From positions 26,693-90,692 of the forward strand of contig JBAUMC010000096.1 of assembly GCA_049578505.1 (NCBI GenBank): a DNA stretch of 64,000 bases, given 5' to 3'. Below, piece by piece: positions 47,863-58,401 of this stretch; positions within the stretch are counted from its first letter, which is position 1; each line of letters begins with the position of its first letter. The position numbers and the translations under genes are program-made. Below the pieces are notes generated by a model. It was given only the letters and a program-made list of their open reading frames with translations. It was not told the origin of the DNA and made no database searches. The stretch is from Bacteroidota bacterium. GTDB lineage: Bacteria; Bacteroidota; Ignavibacteria; UBA10030; UBA8401.

Positions 47863-48045
47863 AAATGCGCGCAACATATGGGATCGATTTTTTTTACCGT
47901 TATATGCTTCCCATCTTGAGTGTCCGGCGATTTCTTCCGGTTATGGTTTTGACTCTTAAGGGATACCGAGAGAGCTTGTAGGAAATATTTGTTTCGATGC
48001 TATTGATTTAAGTGGGAAAAAATAGTATCTTTCTTGTAGACAAAG

Positions 48046-48081
48046 AATCCTTTAATTCTATCCTGTGAGGTAGGGAAGGAA
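48046..48081 (+). promoter_or_regulatory. PyrR-binding RNA loop (pyr attenuator)
   Basis: aaUCCUUUAAuucuaUCCUGUGAGGuagGGAAGGAaa follows the UCCUUUAA...UCC.G.GAGG...GAAGGA pattern of PyrR binding sites, in the leader of pyrR. Confidence 0.65.
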
Positions 48082-48123
48082 ATGCATCAACTTAACGTCC
48101 CAATTTTTTCTGTTGTAAAAAAA

Positions 48124-48156
48124 CCTCCGTCCATTTATGAACGGAGGTTTTTTATT
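48124..48156 (+). terminator. Attenuator terminator in the pyrR leader
   Basis: cctccgtcca-ttta-tgaacggagg (one mismatch) followed by tttttt, 27 nt upstream of the pyrR ATG. Confidence 0.65.
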
Positions 48157-48182
48157 GTACGACCATTTTGAACAGCATACCT

Positions 48183-48740
48183 ATGAATGACAAAAAAATA
48201 ATTCTCGACGCACAAAATTTTATTAGAACAGTCAGCCGACTTTCACATGAGGTCGTAGAACGGAACCACGGCGCAGCTTCTCTCGGTATTGTCGGTATTA
48301 GGACGAGAGGGGACCACCTCGCCCGCCGGATCGCGGCGGCGGTTCTGGAGATGGAAAAAGTGAGTGTGCCGATCGGGACACTGGACATCACCCTTTACAG
48401 GGATGATCTCCGGGGGAGGCTGTCGCAACCGCGGCTGAACACAACGGATATTCTTTACGATATCACCGACAAGGATATCGTTCTTGTCGACGATGTGTTG
48501 TTCACAGGCCGCACAGTTCGGGCTGCACTGAACGCGCTGATGGATATCGGCAGGCCTGCTTCCATTCAGCTCGCGGTTCTTGTCGACCGCGGCCATCGGG
48601 AACTCCCCATCAAGGCGGATTTCGTCGGTAAGAACGTCCCGACGTCGCCCGACGAAGAGATTCAAGTGCGAATGGTAGAAGCCGACGGAGAAGATGCTGT
48701 CTTTTTACTTCCTGCTCAATCACAATCGGAGAAAGATTGA
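48183..48740 (+). CDS. pyrR: Bifunctional pyr operon regulator / uracil phosphoribosyltransferase
   Basis: Contains LSHEVVERN..., [10 protein letters not shown], and the PRPP motif [18 protein letters not shown]. Confidence 0.92.
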   Translation: MNDKKIILDAQNFIRTVSRLSHEVVERNHGAASLGIVGIRTRGDHLARRIAAAVLEMEKVSVPIGTLDITLYRDDLRGRLSQPRLNTTDILYDITDKDIVLVDDVLFTGRTVRAALNALMDIGRPASIQLAVLVDRGHRELPIKADFVGKNVPTSPDEEIQVRMVEADGEDAVFLLPAQSQSEKD

Positions 48741-48743
48741 ATT

Positions 48744-49664
48744 ATGGGTCTATCATCGCGACATTTGCTGGGGCTGGACGGTGTGCCGAAGGAGGACATC
48801 GGATTGATTCTCGACACGGCGGTATCGTTCAAGGAGATTTTGAACAGGCCGATAAAAAAAGTGCCAACGCTTCAGGGCAAAACTATTGTCAACCTTTTTT
48901 TCGAGAACTCAACACGCACCAGAATTTCTTTCGAACTGGCCGAGCGGAGGCTTTCAGCCGACGTCGTGAATTTCTCAGCATCGGGGTCGAGTGTCAGCAA
49001 AGGAGAAACGTTGAAAGATACAGCGCGCAATATTGAAGCGATGAAAATAGACATGGTTGTAATTCGTCACAATGCGGCAGGTACCCCTCATTTTTTAACT
49101 CGGGTTGTCAAGGCGGCGGTGCTCAACGCTGGCGACGGCTGCCATGAACATCCCACACAAGCGCTGTTGGACATGTACACGTTGAAAGAAAAATTCGGCT
49201 CCCTCGACGGCCTGCGCGTTTGCATCATTGGGGATATTGCCCACAGCCGCGTTGCGCGGTCGAACATCTACGGGTTGCGGACAATGGGAGCGAAAGTTTC
49301 GGTATGCGGTCCTGCGACGCTGATACCCAAAGAAATAGAAAGGCTTGGCGTTGAGGTGTACCATCGCATCGACGATGTTCTTCCAACGGTCGATGCATTG
49401 AATGTTCTCCGAATTCAAATGGAACGGCAGTCGGGGGGATTGTTTCCGTCCCTACGGGAATACCACCGGTTCTTCGGAGTGACAAAGGAACGGCTCGACA
49501 AAATCGACCATCCGATTGCAATCATGCATCCGGGACCAATCAACCGGGACGTGGAACTCTCTGCAGACGTTGCTGATGGACCTCATTCAGTTATTCTCGA
49601 ACAGGTGCTAAACGGGGTCGCAATCAGGATGTCGGTGCTGTACCTCCTGGGGACTGTAAATTAG
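48744..49664 (+). CDS. pyrB: Aspartate carbamoyltransferase catalytic subunit
   Basis: Contains FFENSTRTRISFE, HPTQALLD and HPGPINR. Confidence 0.95.
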   Translation: MGLSSRHLLGLDGVPKEDIGLILDTAVSFKEILNRPIKKVPTLQGKTIVNLFFENSTRTRISFELAERRLSADVVNFSASGSSVSKGETLKDTARNIEAMKIDMVVIRHNAAGTPHFLTRVVKAAVLNAGDGCHEHPTQALLDMYTLKEKFGSLDGLRVCIIGDIAHSRVARSNIYGLRTMGAKVSVCGPATLIPKEIERLGVEVYHRIDDVLPTVDALNVLRIQMERQSGGLFPSLREYHRFFGVTKERLDKIDHPIAIMHPGPINRDVELSADVADGPHSVILEQVLNGVAIRMSVLYLLGTVN

Positions 49665-49698
49665 CGAGCGATCAATTTAAAATGAACTTGGGCAATCT

Positions 49699-50982
49699 AT
49701 GGCAAAAAAATATCTCCTGAAAGCCGGGCGCTACATTAACCCGGCGACAAAAACGGATGCTGTGACGGATATTCTCATCGTCGATGGGATTATTGAATCG
49801 ATCATGCCGTCAATCTCTCCTCCGGCTAATTGTGAAGTGGTCGATCTCCGCAGGAAAATTATAGCGCCGGGGTTTATCGATATGCATGTCCACTTGAGGG
49901 AGCCGGGATTTGAACACAAAGAGACAATAGAGACGGGGACCCTCGCCGCAGCATACGGGGGTTTCACGGCCGTTTGTTGTATGCCGAACACCAATCCGGC
50001 TATCGACGACGAATCGATTGTCCGCTTTGTTCACTCGCAGGGGAAATTGGTAAATAATGGAATCGTTGATGTGTACCCGATCGGTGCGGTGACGAAGGGA
50101 AGGTCGGGCAAGGAGCTTTCGTCTATCGCCGAGCTCGTTCAAGCGGGTGCTGTCGGATTAAGCGACGATGGTGCGCCAGTCTTCGACGCTGAACTTATGC
50201 GGCGTGCGTTGGAATACGCCGGCATGTTTGACGTTCCCGTGATACAACATTGCGAGGAACCTTCGCTTGTTCGGGGCGGAGTGATGAATGAAGGGTTTGT
50301 CGCAACGGAGTTAGGTTTGCCGGGAATTCCATCCGTTGCTGAGGAGATTATGATTGCCCGCGACATTCTTTTGACGGAATATACGCGATCACGATACCAT
50401 GTGGCCCACATGAGCACTGCCGGTTCAGTGAAGCTTGTTCATGAAGCCAAACTCAAAGACATGTCGGTTACATGTGAAGTAACCCCTCACCATTTTACTT
50501 TGACCGACGATGTTGTACGGTCCTTCGATACAAATACGAAAATGAATCCCCCGCTCCGTACCCGCGATGATGTTGAAGCGATTAAAGAGGGGCTTCGCGA
50601 AGGAATTATCGATGTTATTGCCACCGACCATGCACCACATTCATTGGATGAAAAGGAAGTCGATTATTTGCAGGCGCCGTTTGGGATTGTCGGATTAGAA
50701 ACGGCTGTAGGCCTCGCGATTACTGAACTGGTCACAACGAAAATTCTGACATTCTCGCAGCTTGTCGAAAAATTCTCTACAAATCCGCGGAAGATTGTCA
50801 GAAGGGTGGTTGACGTCCGTGAAGGGAATTCGGCGGATTTTAGTATGATCGACCCAGAAATGGAGTGGAAAGTAGATGCTGGCGGATTCAAATCTAAATC
50901 TAAAAATTCGCCTTTCGACGGCAGAGTGTTGAAAGGAAAAGCGGCGGGTATTTTCAATCACGGTCGTATACTCCTTTTCTAA
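49699..50982 (+). CDS. pyrC: Dihydroorotase
   Basis: Contains GFIDMHVHLREPG and ATDHAPH. 427 aa, the long (class I) type. Confidence 0.92.
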   Translation: MAKKYLLKAGRYINPATKTDAVTDILIVDGIIESIMPSISPPANCEVVDLRRKIIAPGFIDMHVHLREPGFEHKETIETGTLAAAYGGFTAVCCMPNTNPAIDDESIVRFVHSQGKLVNNGIVDVYPIGAVTKGRSGKELSSIAELVQAGAVGLSDDGAPVFDAELMRRALEYAGMFDVPVIQHCEEPSLVRGGVMNEGFVATELGLPGIPSVAEEIMIARDILLTEYTRSRYHVAHMSTAGSVKLVHEAKLKDMSVTCEVTPHHFTLTDDVVRSFDTNTKMNPPLRTRDDVEAIKEGLREGIIDVIATDHAPHSLDEKEVDYLQAPFGIVGLETAVGLAITELVTTKILTFSQLVEKFSTNPRKIVRRVVDVREGNSADFSMIDPEMEWKVDAGGFKSKSKNSPFDGRVLKGKAAGIFNHGRILLF

Positions 50983-51049
50983 GGCTGATCGCAAAATTAT
51001 TCCTGTTGTAGTAAAGAAAACCGCACGACATCCCGTATTCACAATTTGA

Positions 51050-51243
51050 GGTAGTGGCTTAATTAGAATAAAACATTGTCATGCCCACGTGCCGAAGGCA
51101 TCCCTTTGGGAAAAGTGGGCATCCATTGTAGAGCAAAAAAGGAAAATGTGGATTCTCGCCGGGTCGTCGACGACCCTACGGGTCGCTAGACCCGTTGGGA
51201 GTCTTCGACCCGCTTTCGCGGGAATGACAAACTGAGCCAGCAC
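51050..51243. repeat. Expanded copy of the mosaic GC-rich hairpin repeat
   Basis: It has the same termini as 734-851 plus inserted modules: tgcc-gaa-ggca, the 16-nt perfect palindrome gggtcgtcgacgaccc, and acgggtc-gcta-gacccgt, ending with cccgc-tttc-gcggg. Confidence 0.85.
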
Positions 51244-51286
51244 CGAATTTGATTTTCAATTCAATTTTAACGATAATGTGTAGTAC

Positions 51287-52024
51287 ATGGAGATTATTCG
51301 CTCCGAAATCCTCTCTCGTTATCAACAAGTTGTCTTTGGGATGAGCACCCGTGTAGGGGGGCGGAGTCCCAGTGGGTTGGGGATGAATTTGAGCTTCAAT
51401 GTTAATGACGATAAAGTAAATGTCATTGAGAATAGAAGACTTTTTTTCGGCACCCTGCATATTGGCTTAGATGAGCTTGCTTTCCCCATGCAGTGCCATT
51501 CGAATACTGTGCGTATCATACAAACGTGGGGAGGATACGAAAATTGCGACGGGCTTATCACCAGCGAATTAGGCGTTTTTATTGCCATTAGTGTTGCGGA
51601 CTGTGTTCCAATGTTTTTTTTTGATCCGGTAACCCGAATTGTCGCGGGGATCCATGCTGGGTGGCGGGGAACACGCTTAGGCATCGTCAACAACGCAATA
51701 GCCCTCATGGCATCCGAGTTTGGCACTGTATCTAAAAACCTCATTGTATTTGCCGGCCCTGCAGCTGGAAAATGTTGTTATGAAGTTGGAGAAGAAGTCG
51801 CAGCAATGTTCGATAAGCAATTTCTCTTCAAGAACAAATCAGGGAAATGGAACGTCGATTTAAAAGAGGCAAATCGGCAGCAAATGATCGCCGGAGGAAT
51901 TCTTTCAAACAACATTGAAATGCATGAGGGTTGCACAATCCATGAAAAAGAAAGATTTCATTCGTATCGGCGTGATGGCGAGTCGTCGGGCCGGATGATG
52001 GGGGTCATAGGTATTGTTCGATAA
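51287..52024 (+). CDS. pgeF: YfiH/PgeF-family (DUF152) purine nucleoside phosphorylase / peptidoglycan editing factor
   Basis: Contains VADCVPMFFFDP...GIHAGWRGT and CTIHEKERFHSYRRDG. Confidence 0.85.
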   Translation: MEIIRSEILSRYQQVVFGMSTRVGGRSPSGLGMNLSFNVNDDKVNVIENRRLFFGTLHIGLDELAFPMQCHSNTVRIIQTWGGYENCDGLITSELGVFIAISVADCVPMFFFDPVTRIVAGIHAGWRGTRLGIVNNAIALMASEFGTVSKNLIVFAGPAAGKCCYEVGEEVAAMFDKQFLFKNKSGKWNVDLKEANRQQMIAGGILSNNIEMHEGCTIHEKERFHSYRRDGESSGRMMGVIGIVR

Positions 52025-52039
52025 TTTTAAGGGAAAAAT

Positions 52040-53872
52040 ATGTGCGGAATAATTGGCTATGTCGGTAATACGAATCCCCTCCCAATTCTATTAGATGGAC
52101 TGAAGCGGCTTGAATACCGCGGTTATGATTCTGCAGGGATTGCTTTGTTGGCCGAAAATTCTCTGCATGTCTTTAAAAAAGTCGGCAAAGTCGCGGAGTT
52201 AGAAAAAGCCATTCCGCCAATACATCTGAAAACGACCGCGGGAATCGGACACACCCGTTGGGCTACGCATGGCGCTCCGAGCGATATCAATGCACATCCC
52301 CATGCCGATTGCAAGAATGAAATCGCCCTCATACATAACGGCATTATTGAAAACTATCTTTCTATCCGCAAAAAACTCGAGAACACCGGGCACGTCTTTG
52401 TATCTGCAACGGATACCGAAGTTCTAGTTCACCTGATCGAAGAAATGAAGAATTATAGCGGCGATTTGTCAACCGCAGTCCGGCTTGCGCTCCGTCAGGT
52501 GGAGGGAACATACGGCATTGCAGTAATTTCTGCGCATGAACCCGGGAAGATTGTTGCAGCGAGAAAAGGGAGCCCCCTCTTACTCGGTATCGGCGAAAAC
52601 GAGCATTACGTAGCATCCGATGCGGCTGCTCTCGTACAATATACACGTAACGTGGTCTACCTCGAGGACGGAGAGATTGCCGTACTCACGAAAGATTCTT
52701 TTGAAACAAGAACGATCGATAACGTCGATACGGAAAAAGAGGTTCATCAGGTGACCATCGACATCGAGGAAATTGAAAAAGGCGGCTTTGAGCATTTTAT
52801 GCTCAAGGAAATTATGGAGCAGCCTGAAACCCTCCGGAACTCGATGCGCGGAAGAGTCTTACTCGATGAAGGAAACTCAAAGCTTAGCGGTTTGGGTGAA
52901 GTGATGCCGATTCTGAGGAACGCGCAGCGCATTATTATCACCGCCTGCGGCACATCATGGCATGCCGGACTGGTAGGCGAATATATGCTCGAACAATACG
53001 GAAAAATTCCAGTGGAAGTGGAGTACGCTTCGGAATTTCGGTACCGGAATCCCATCATCCAAAAAGGGGACGTTGTTTTTTTGATCAGCCAGAGCGGTGA
53101 AACGGCGGATACGTTGGCTGCCCTCCGCGAAGCAAAACAGAAAGGGGCTGCGGTTTTCGGGATATGCAACGTTGTCGGTAGCACGATAGCACGTGAAAGT
53201 CAGGGGGGAGTCTATATCCATGCGGGTCCTGAAATCGGCGTTGCATCGACGAAAGCGTTTACATCGCAACTCGTTGTGCTCTCACTCATCACGCTTATGG
53301 TCGCCCGTCAGCGAGGGCTCTCCGAAGCCGAGGGAAGGAAAATCGGCCAGGCCCTTCTCGACCTTCCCCATAAGGTCGAATCTATTCTCCAGGATACCAG
53401 CACTATTGAACATATCGCGGGCGAATTGAAAGACAACGTCAATGTTTTGTATCTCGGAAGGGGGTACAACTTTCCCGTTGCGCTGGAAGGGGCGCTGAAG
53501 CTAAAGGAGATTTCGTACATCCATGCCGAAGGCTACCCTGCCGCTGAAATGAAACACGGACCGATAGCGCTGATCGATGAGAATATGCCCGTGATCGTGA
53601 TTGCATCGAAAGACAACACATACGAAAAAATCATTTCGAATATCCAGGAAGTAAAAGCGAGAAGTGGAAGAGTGATCGCCGTTGTGAACGAGGACGACAC
53701 AGCAATTGAATCGCTCGCCGAGCATGTTATTCGAGTACCGAGTACCGTAGACCTTCTCTCGCCGATACTGAATATCATTCCGTTGCAATTGTTGGCGTAT
53801 TATATCGCCGTAAAGCGAGGGTGCAACATAGACCAGCCGCGAAACTTGGCAAAGAGCGTTACGGTTGAATAG
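52040..53872 (+). CDS. glmS: Glutamine--fructose-6-phosphate aminotransferase (isomerizing)
   Basis: MCGIIGYVG N-terminal nucleophile, two SIS domains, and the C-terminus LAKSVTVE. Confidence 0.96.
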   Translation: MCGIIGYVGNTNPLPILLDGLKRLEYRGYDSAGIALLAENSLHVFKKVGKVAELEKAIPPIHLKTTAGIGHTRWATHGAPSDINAHPHADCKNEIALIHNGIIENYLSIRKKLENTGHVFVSATDTEVLVHLIEEMKNYSGDLSTAVRLALRQVEGTYGIAVISAHEPGKIVAARKGSPLLLGIGENEHYVASDAAALVQYTRNVVYLEDGEIAVLTKDSFETRTIDNVDTEKEVHQVTIDIEEIEKGGFEHFMLKEIMEQPETLRNSMRGRVLLDEGNSKLSGLGEVMPILRNAQRIIITACGTSWHAGLVGEYMLEQYGKIPVEVEYASEFRYRNPIIQKGDVVFLISQSGETADTLAALREAKQKGAAVFGICNVVGSTIARESQGGVYIHAGPEIGVASTKAFTSQLVVLSLITLMVARQRGLSEAEGRKIGQALLDLPHKVESILQDTSTIEHIAGELKDNVNVLYLGRGYNFPVALEGALKLKEISYIHAEGYPAAEMKHGPIALIDENMPVIVIASKDNTYEKIISNIQEVKARSGRVIAVVNEDDTAIESLAEHVIRVPSTVDLLSPILNIIPLQLLAYYIAVKRGCNIDQPRNLAKSVTVE

Positions 53873-54018
53873 AATATTCTCGCCAAGCCGCGAAGTGTCT
53901 ATTCTTAATTTCTTATGCGTCTGGCTAAGCCATCCCTTCGGGATTTGCGTGAGCCACAGTTTGGGAATTATTCAGAAGTCCGCCATATTTCATATCAACA
54001 AATAGTCAAGGTGTTAAC

Positions 54019-54864
54019 GTGGGAAGCGATTATAGATTTAAGAAAACCGATTGGGCTCTGATTCTTGGAGCTTCGAGTGGATTTGGCGGGGCGACCGCGA
54101 TCGAGCTTGCTCGTCACGGCATGAATATCTGTGGCGTTCACTTCGACCGTGCGGCGACATTGCCCAACGCTGAAAAGGTGAAAAAAGATGTAGACGCGCA
54201 AGGGGTTCAATCGCTTTTCTTCAACGTGAATGCTTCCGATCCCGAAAAAAGAAAAGAAGTTATTGATGGACTGCTGAAAGAGATAGGGAAGAGCCCGGAA
54301 TCAAATGTCCGGGTCCTCATGCACAGCCTCGCCTTCGGCACATTGCGTCCCCTCATCTCGAAAGATCCGAAGGAGCAGATGTCGCAAGCCCAGGTAGAGA
54401 TGACGATGGATGTGATGGCTAATTCTCTTGTCTATTGGACCCAAGCGGTGTTCAACGCAGACTTGTTAAAAAAAGGGGGACGTGTCTATGCCATGACCAG
54501 CTCCGGCGGACACTCTCAGCTGCCAAACTACGGCGCTGTCTCGGCCGCAAAAGCAGCCCTGGAGTCTTACATACGCCAGCTGACGCACGACCTCGGACCA
54601 TACGGAATTTGCTGCAACGCAATCATGGCCGGAGTTACCGATACTGCTGCCTTGAGAAAGATTCCCGGCGCGTTAATGATGTTGAAAGTTGCTCAAGCCA
54701 AGAGCCCGGCAATGAGGAATACTACTCCGGAAGATGTGGCGAAAGCGATTTCACTCCTCTCACATGAGGACGCGTATTTCATTTCAGGAAACGTCATCGG
54801 CGTCGATGGAGGTGAAGATGTCGTCAGCTACATCGGCCAGAAAGATGCGCTCACGCTCGAATAA
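54019..54864 (+). CDS. SDR-family oxidoreductase with a Y-x6-K motif (enoyl-ACP-reductase-like)
   Basis: The dinucleotide motif ILGASSGFGGA, and the NYGAVSAAK spacing (Y-x6-K) that characterises FabI/FabL-type enoyl reductases rather than classical YxxxK SDRs. Confidence 0.5.
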   Translation: MGSDYRFKKTDWALILGASSGFGGATAIELARHGMNICGVHFDRAATLPNAEKVKKDVDAQGVQSLFFNVNASDPEKRKEVIDGLLKEIGKSPESNVRVLMHSLAFGTLRPLISKDPKEQMSQAQVEMTMDVMANSLVYWTQAVFNADLLKKGGRVYAMTSSGGHSQLPNYGAVSAAKAALESYIRQLTHDLGPYGICCNAIMAGVTDTAALRKIPGALMMLKVAQAKSPAMRNTTPEDVAKAISLLSHEDAYFISGNVIGVDGGEDVVSYIGQKDALTLE

Positions 54865-54943
54865 TTGCGCGGAGATCCCCCTCAAGTGTGTAGGCGGAAA
54901 AAGCAAATTATCGAAGCCACCCAAAACATCTAAACTCTATTTT

Positions 54944-54980
54944 CCGCTGATGGTTGATCCGCATCAGCGGATTTTTTATT
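54944..54980 (+). terminator. Rho-independent terminator
   Basis: ccgctgatg-gttgatccg-catcagcgg followed by attttttattt. Confidence 0.75.
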
Positions 54981-54991
54981 TGCCCTGAGCG

Positions 54992-55423
54992 ATGGATAAC
55001 GTTGTTGTTAATGACAAAATTCAAATTCCTCTCTCTGAATTGCGGTTTCGATTTTCGAGAAGCGGCGGACCGGGGGGGCAAAATGTCAACAGAGTGTCCA
55101 CACGCGTTGAATTGATTTTCGATCTGCAGAATTCTTCTTTAGACGCTGAAACAAAAGAGATCATACGATCAAAGCTGCAATCGAAATTAGATTCGGCGCA
55201 ATGCCTTCATGTTGTCTCGCAAGAATCTCGCAGCCAATGGAAAAACAAGCAAGACACGATCGAAAAATTCGCTTCGCTTTTGAAGAAAGTTACTCGCCCC
55301 ATGAAACATCGGACCCCAACGGCAGCATCAAAAAGCTCAAAGATCGCTAGGCTTGACGCAAAAAAGGGAAGGGGCCGATTGAAGAAGATGCGCAAAATCA
55401 ATCTGGAAAAAGAACTTCAATAA
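54992..55423 (+). CDS. arfB: Alternative ribosome-rescue factor ArfB (peptidyl-tRNA hydrolase, RF-1 domain)
   Basis: SGGPGGQNVNRVSTRVEL (GGQ motif) plus a basic C-terminal tail. 143 aa. Confidence 0.88.
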   Translation: MDNVVVNDKIQIPLSELRFRFSRSGGPGGQNVNRVSTRVELIFDLQNSSLDAETKEIIRSKLQSKLDSAQCLHVVSQESRSQWKNKQDTIEKFASLLKKVTRPMKHRTPTAASKSSKIARLDAKKGRGRLKKMRKINLEKELQ

Positions 55424-55441
55424 AATAGTTGTTTTTTCTTC

Positions 55442-55469
55442 TTGACAAATTTCAGGATAATACTATATT
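55442..55469 (+). promoter_or_regulatory. Putative sigma70-type promoter of the met leader
   Basis: TTGACA, a 16-nt spacer, then TATATT, about 28 nt upstream of the riboswitch P1 helix. Confidence 0.5.
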
Positions 55470-55496
55470 ACTTATAGTTATTCTCTTTGAAAACGT

Positions 55497-55618
55497 TGTA
55501 TTCATCAAGAGTGGTGGAGGGACAGACCCTGCGAAGCCACAGCAACCGGTTCTGCAAACAGCAGCATGTCAGGTGCTAATTTCTGTTCTCAGATTCAGTC
55601 TGAGAGGAAGATGAACTC
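55497..55618 (+). promoter_or_regulatory. SAM-I (S-box) riboswitch
   Basis: P1 is UUCAUC/GAUGAA. AAGAGUGGUGGAGGGA...CCCUGCGAAGCC..AGCAACC...CAGGUGCUAAUUUC...GAGAGGAAGAUGAA matches the S-box core. Confidence 0.85.
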
Positions 55619-55634
55619 AAGAGCGAGAGCATAG

Positions 55635-55668
55635 AACCTCTTTTGAGCATCTTCAAAAGAGGTTTTTT
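55635..55668 (+). terminator. Riboswitch expression-platform terminator
   Basis: aacctcttttga-gcatct-tcaaaagaggtt followed by tttt (12-bp perfect stem). Confidence 0.8.
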
Positions 55669-55811
55669 CATTTAGTTCCAATCCATGAATATTTTCAGCA
55701 TACATCTCTTCTACGCGTGCAGATCGGTTCTCGAACACTTGTCCGCCTACTTCGTTGGTAACTTTCTCTGTTGTCTCCAATCCGCTTTATAAACCCGATC
55801 ACTTTCATTGA

Positions 55812-57218
<1,407 letters not shown>

Positions 57219-57224
57219 TTGATC

Positions 57225-57258
57225 CCCTTTACCCCTCCTCCTTGAGGAGGGGTAAGGG
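57225..57258. other. Long GC-rich hairpin between metY and metX (no U-tract)
   Basis: ccc(t)ttacccctcctc-ctt-gaggaggggtaaggg, an approximately 15-bp stem with one bulge. Confidence 0.5.
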
Positions 57259-57273
57259 CTCGTGGAAAAAAGT

Positions 57274-58401
57274 ATGGCGACGTTAGTTGAAAATATCGTC
57301 AGAACAAAAGAGATTCAGCTTTTCTCCGATGCGAATCCCCTCGTGATGGTGTGCGGCGAAAATCTTTCTCCCGTTATCGTTGCGTACGAAACATACGGGG
57401 AGTTGAATACTGCCGGGGACAATGCAATTCTTGTTTGCCACGCACTGACCGGAAGCGCTCATGCCGCCGGCTATCTGTCGGGGGACCCGAAGACCGCCGG
57501 TTGGTGGGATGCGTTTATCGGAGAAGGGAAAGCTCTCGATACGAGGAGTTCTTTTGTCATCTGCTCGAATTTTTTGGGAGGATGTTACGGTACGACGGGA
57601 CCGGTTTCTCCAGATCCTCTCAAGGGGAAACCGTATGGGATGTCATTCCCGCAGATGACTGTCCGAGATATGGTTCGAGTTCAAAAAGCGCTGATCGATT
57701 TTCTCGGGGTGAAACAGGTGAAGACAGTCATCGGAGGTTCGCTCGGAGGGATGCAGGCGTTGGAGTGGGGAGTGATGTTCCCCGACGTCGTTCGGTCAAT
57801 CGTCCCAATTGCAACGGCAAGCCAACACTCTCCATGGTGTGTTGGGTTGGACGACATCGCGCGACAAGCGATCATGAACGATCCCGAATGGCGCAACGGC
57901 GACTATTACGGCCACGGTCAGCCGGCACGTGGGTTATCGCTCGCACGTCAGGTAGCCATGGTTTCATATCGAAGCGATGTATCGTTTCTCGAGCGGTTCC
58001 ACCGGGACAGGGTCAAATCCAACGGAAAGGCTTCCAAGGCGCGCTTCGATTCGGCAAATTTATTTCAGATCGAGAGTTATCTTCGCTATCAAGGGAAGAA
58101 ACTTGTCGACCGGTTTGACGCGAATACTTATATTTACATCTCGCGTGCGATGGATCTTCATGATCTGGCGTACGAAAGGGGAACTATCAAAGAAGTTTTA
58201 TCCTCCGTAAAAATTCCCGTTTTATGCGTCGGAATCGATTCCGACGTTCTTTATCCGGTCCATGAGCAAAAGGCCATTGCCGCTCTCCTCCCGCTTGCAC
58301 GGTACCGTCAAATCAATTCTCCGCACGGTCATGACGCATTTCTCATTGAGTTTGAACAGCTCGGGCTATTTGTCAGAGAGTTCCTCCGAGAGCTTGACTA
58401 G
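57274..58401 (+). CDS. metX: Homoserine O-acetyltransferase
   Basis: An alpha/beta hydrolase with AILVCHALTGSAH and the GGSLGGMQALEW nucleophile elbow. GTG 57262 is an alternative start. Confidence 0.9.
   Translation: MATLVENIVRTKEIQLFSDANPLVMVCGENLSPVIVAYETYGELNTAGDNAILVCHALTGSAHAAGYLSGDPKTAGWWDAFIGEGKALDTRSSFVICSNFLGGCYGTTGPVSPDPLKGKPYGMSFPQMTVRDMVRVQKALIDFLGVKQVKTVIGGSLGGMQALEWGVMFPDVVRSIVPIATASQHSPWCVGLDDIARQAIMNDPEWRNGDYYGHGQPARGLSLARQVAMVSYRSDVSFLERFHRDRVKSNGKASKARFDSANLFQIESYLRYQGKKLVDRFDANTYIYISRAMDLHDLAYERGTIKEVLSSVKIPVLCVGIDSDVLYPVHEQKAIAALLPLARYRQINSPHGHDAFLIEFEQLGLFVREFLRELD

Noticed and set aside
48004-48028. TTGATT ... TAGTAT as the promoter of the pyrR leader
   Set aside because: The spacer is only 13 nt. 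No alternative hexamer pair with 16-18 nt spacing was convincing, so the pyr promoter is left uncalled.
52025-52039. A glmS ribozyme upstream of glmS
   Set aside because: Only 15 nt separate pgeF and glmS, which leaves no room for the ribozyme.
53880-53960. A possible relative of the 43978-44060 hairpin element downstream of glmS (cgccaagccgcgaag...ttcttatgcgtctggctaagcc...ttgcgtgagccacag)
   Set aside because: Only short word matches are present (ttctta, ttgcg, ccacag), the arms are poorly complementary, and relatedness cannot be established by eye.
55595-55780. A 61-aa minus-strand ORF antisense to the SAM riboswitch terminator and met leader
   Set aside because: It has a TTG start with no RBS, and it overlaps a well-supported riboswitch and terminator. 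It is probably fortuitous, although its acidic composition looks protein-like.
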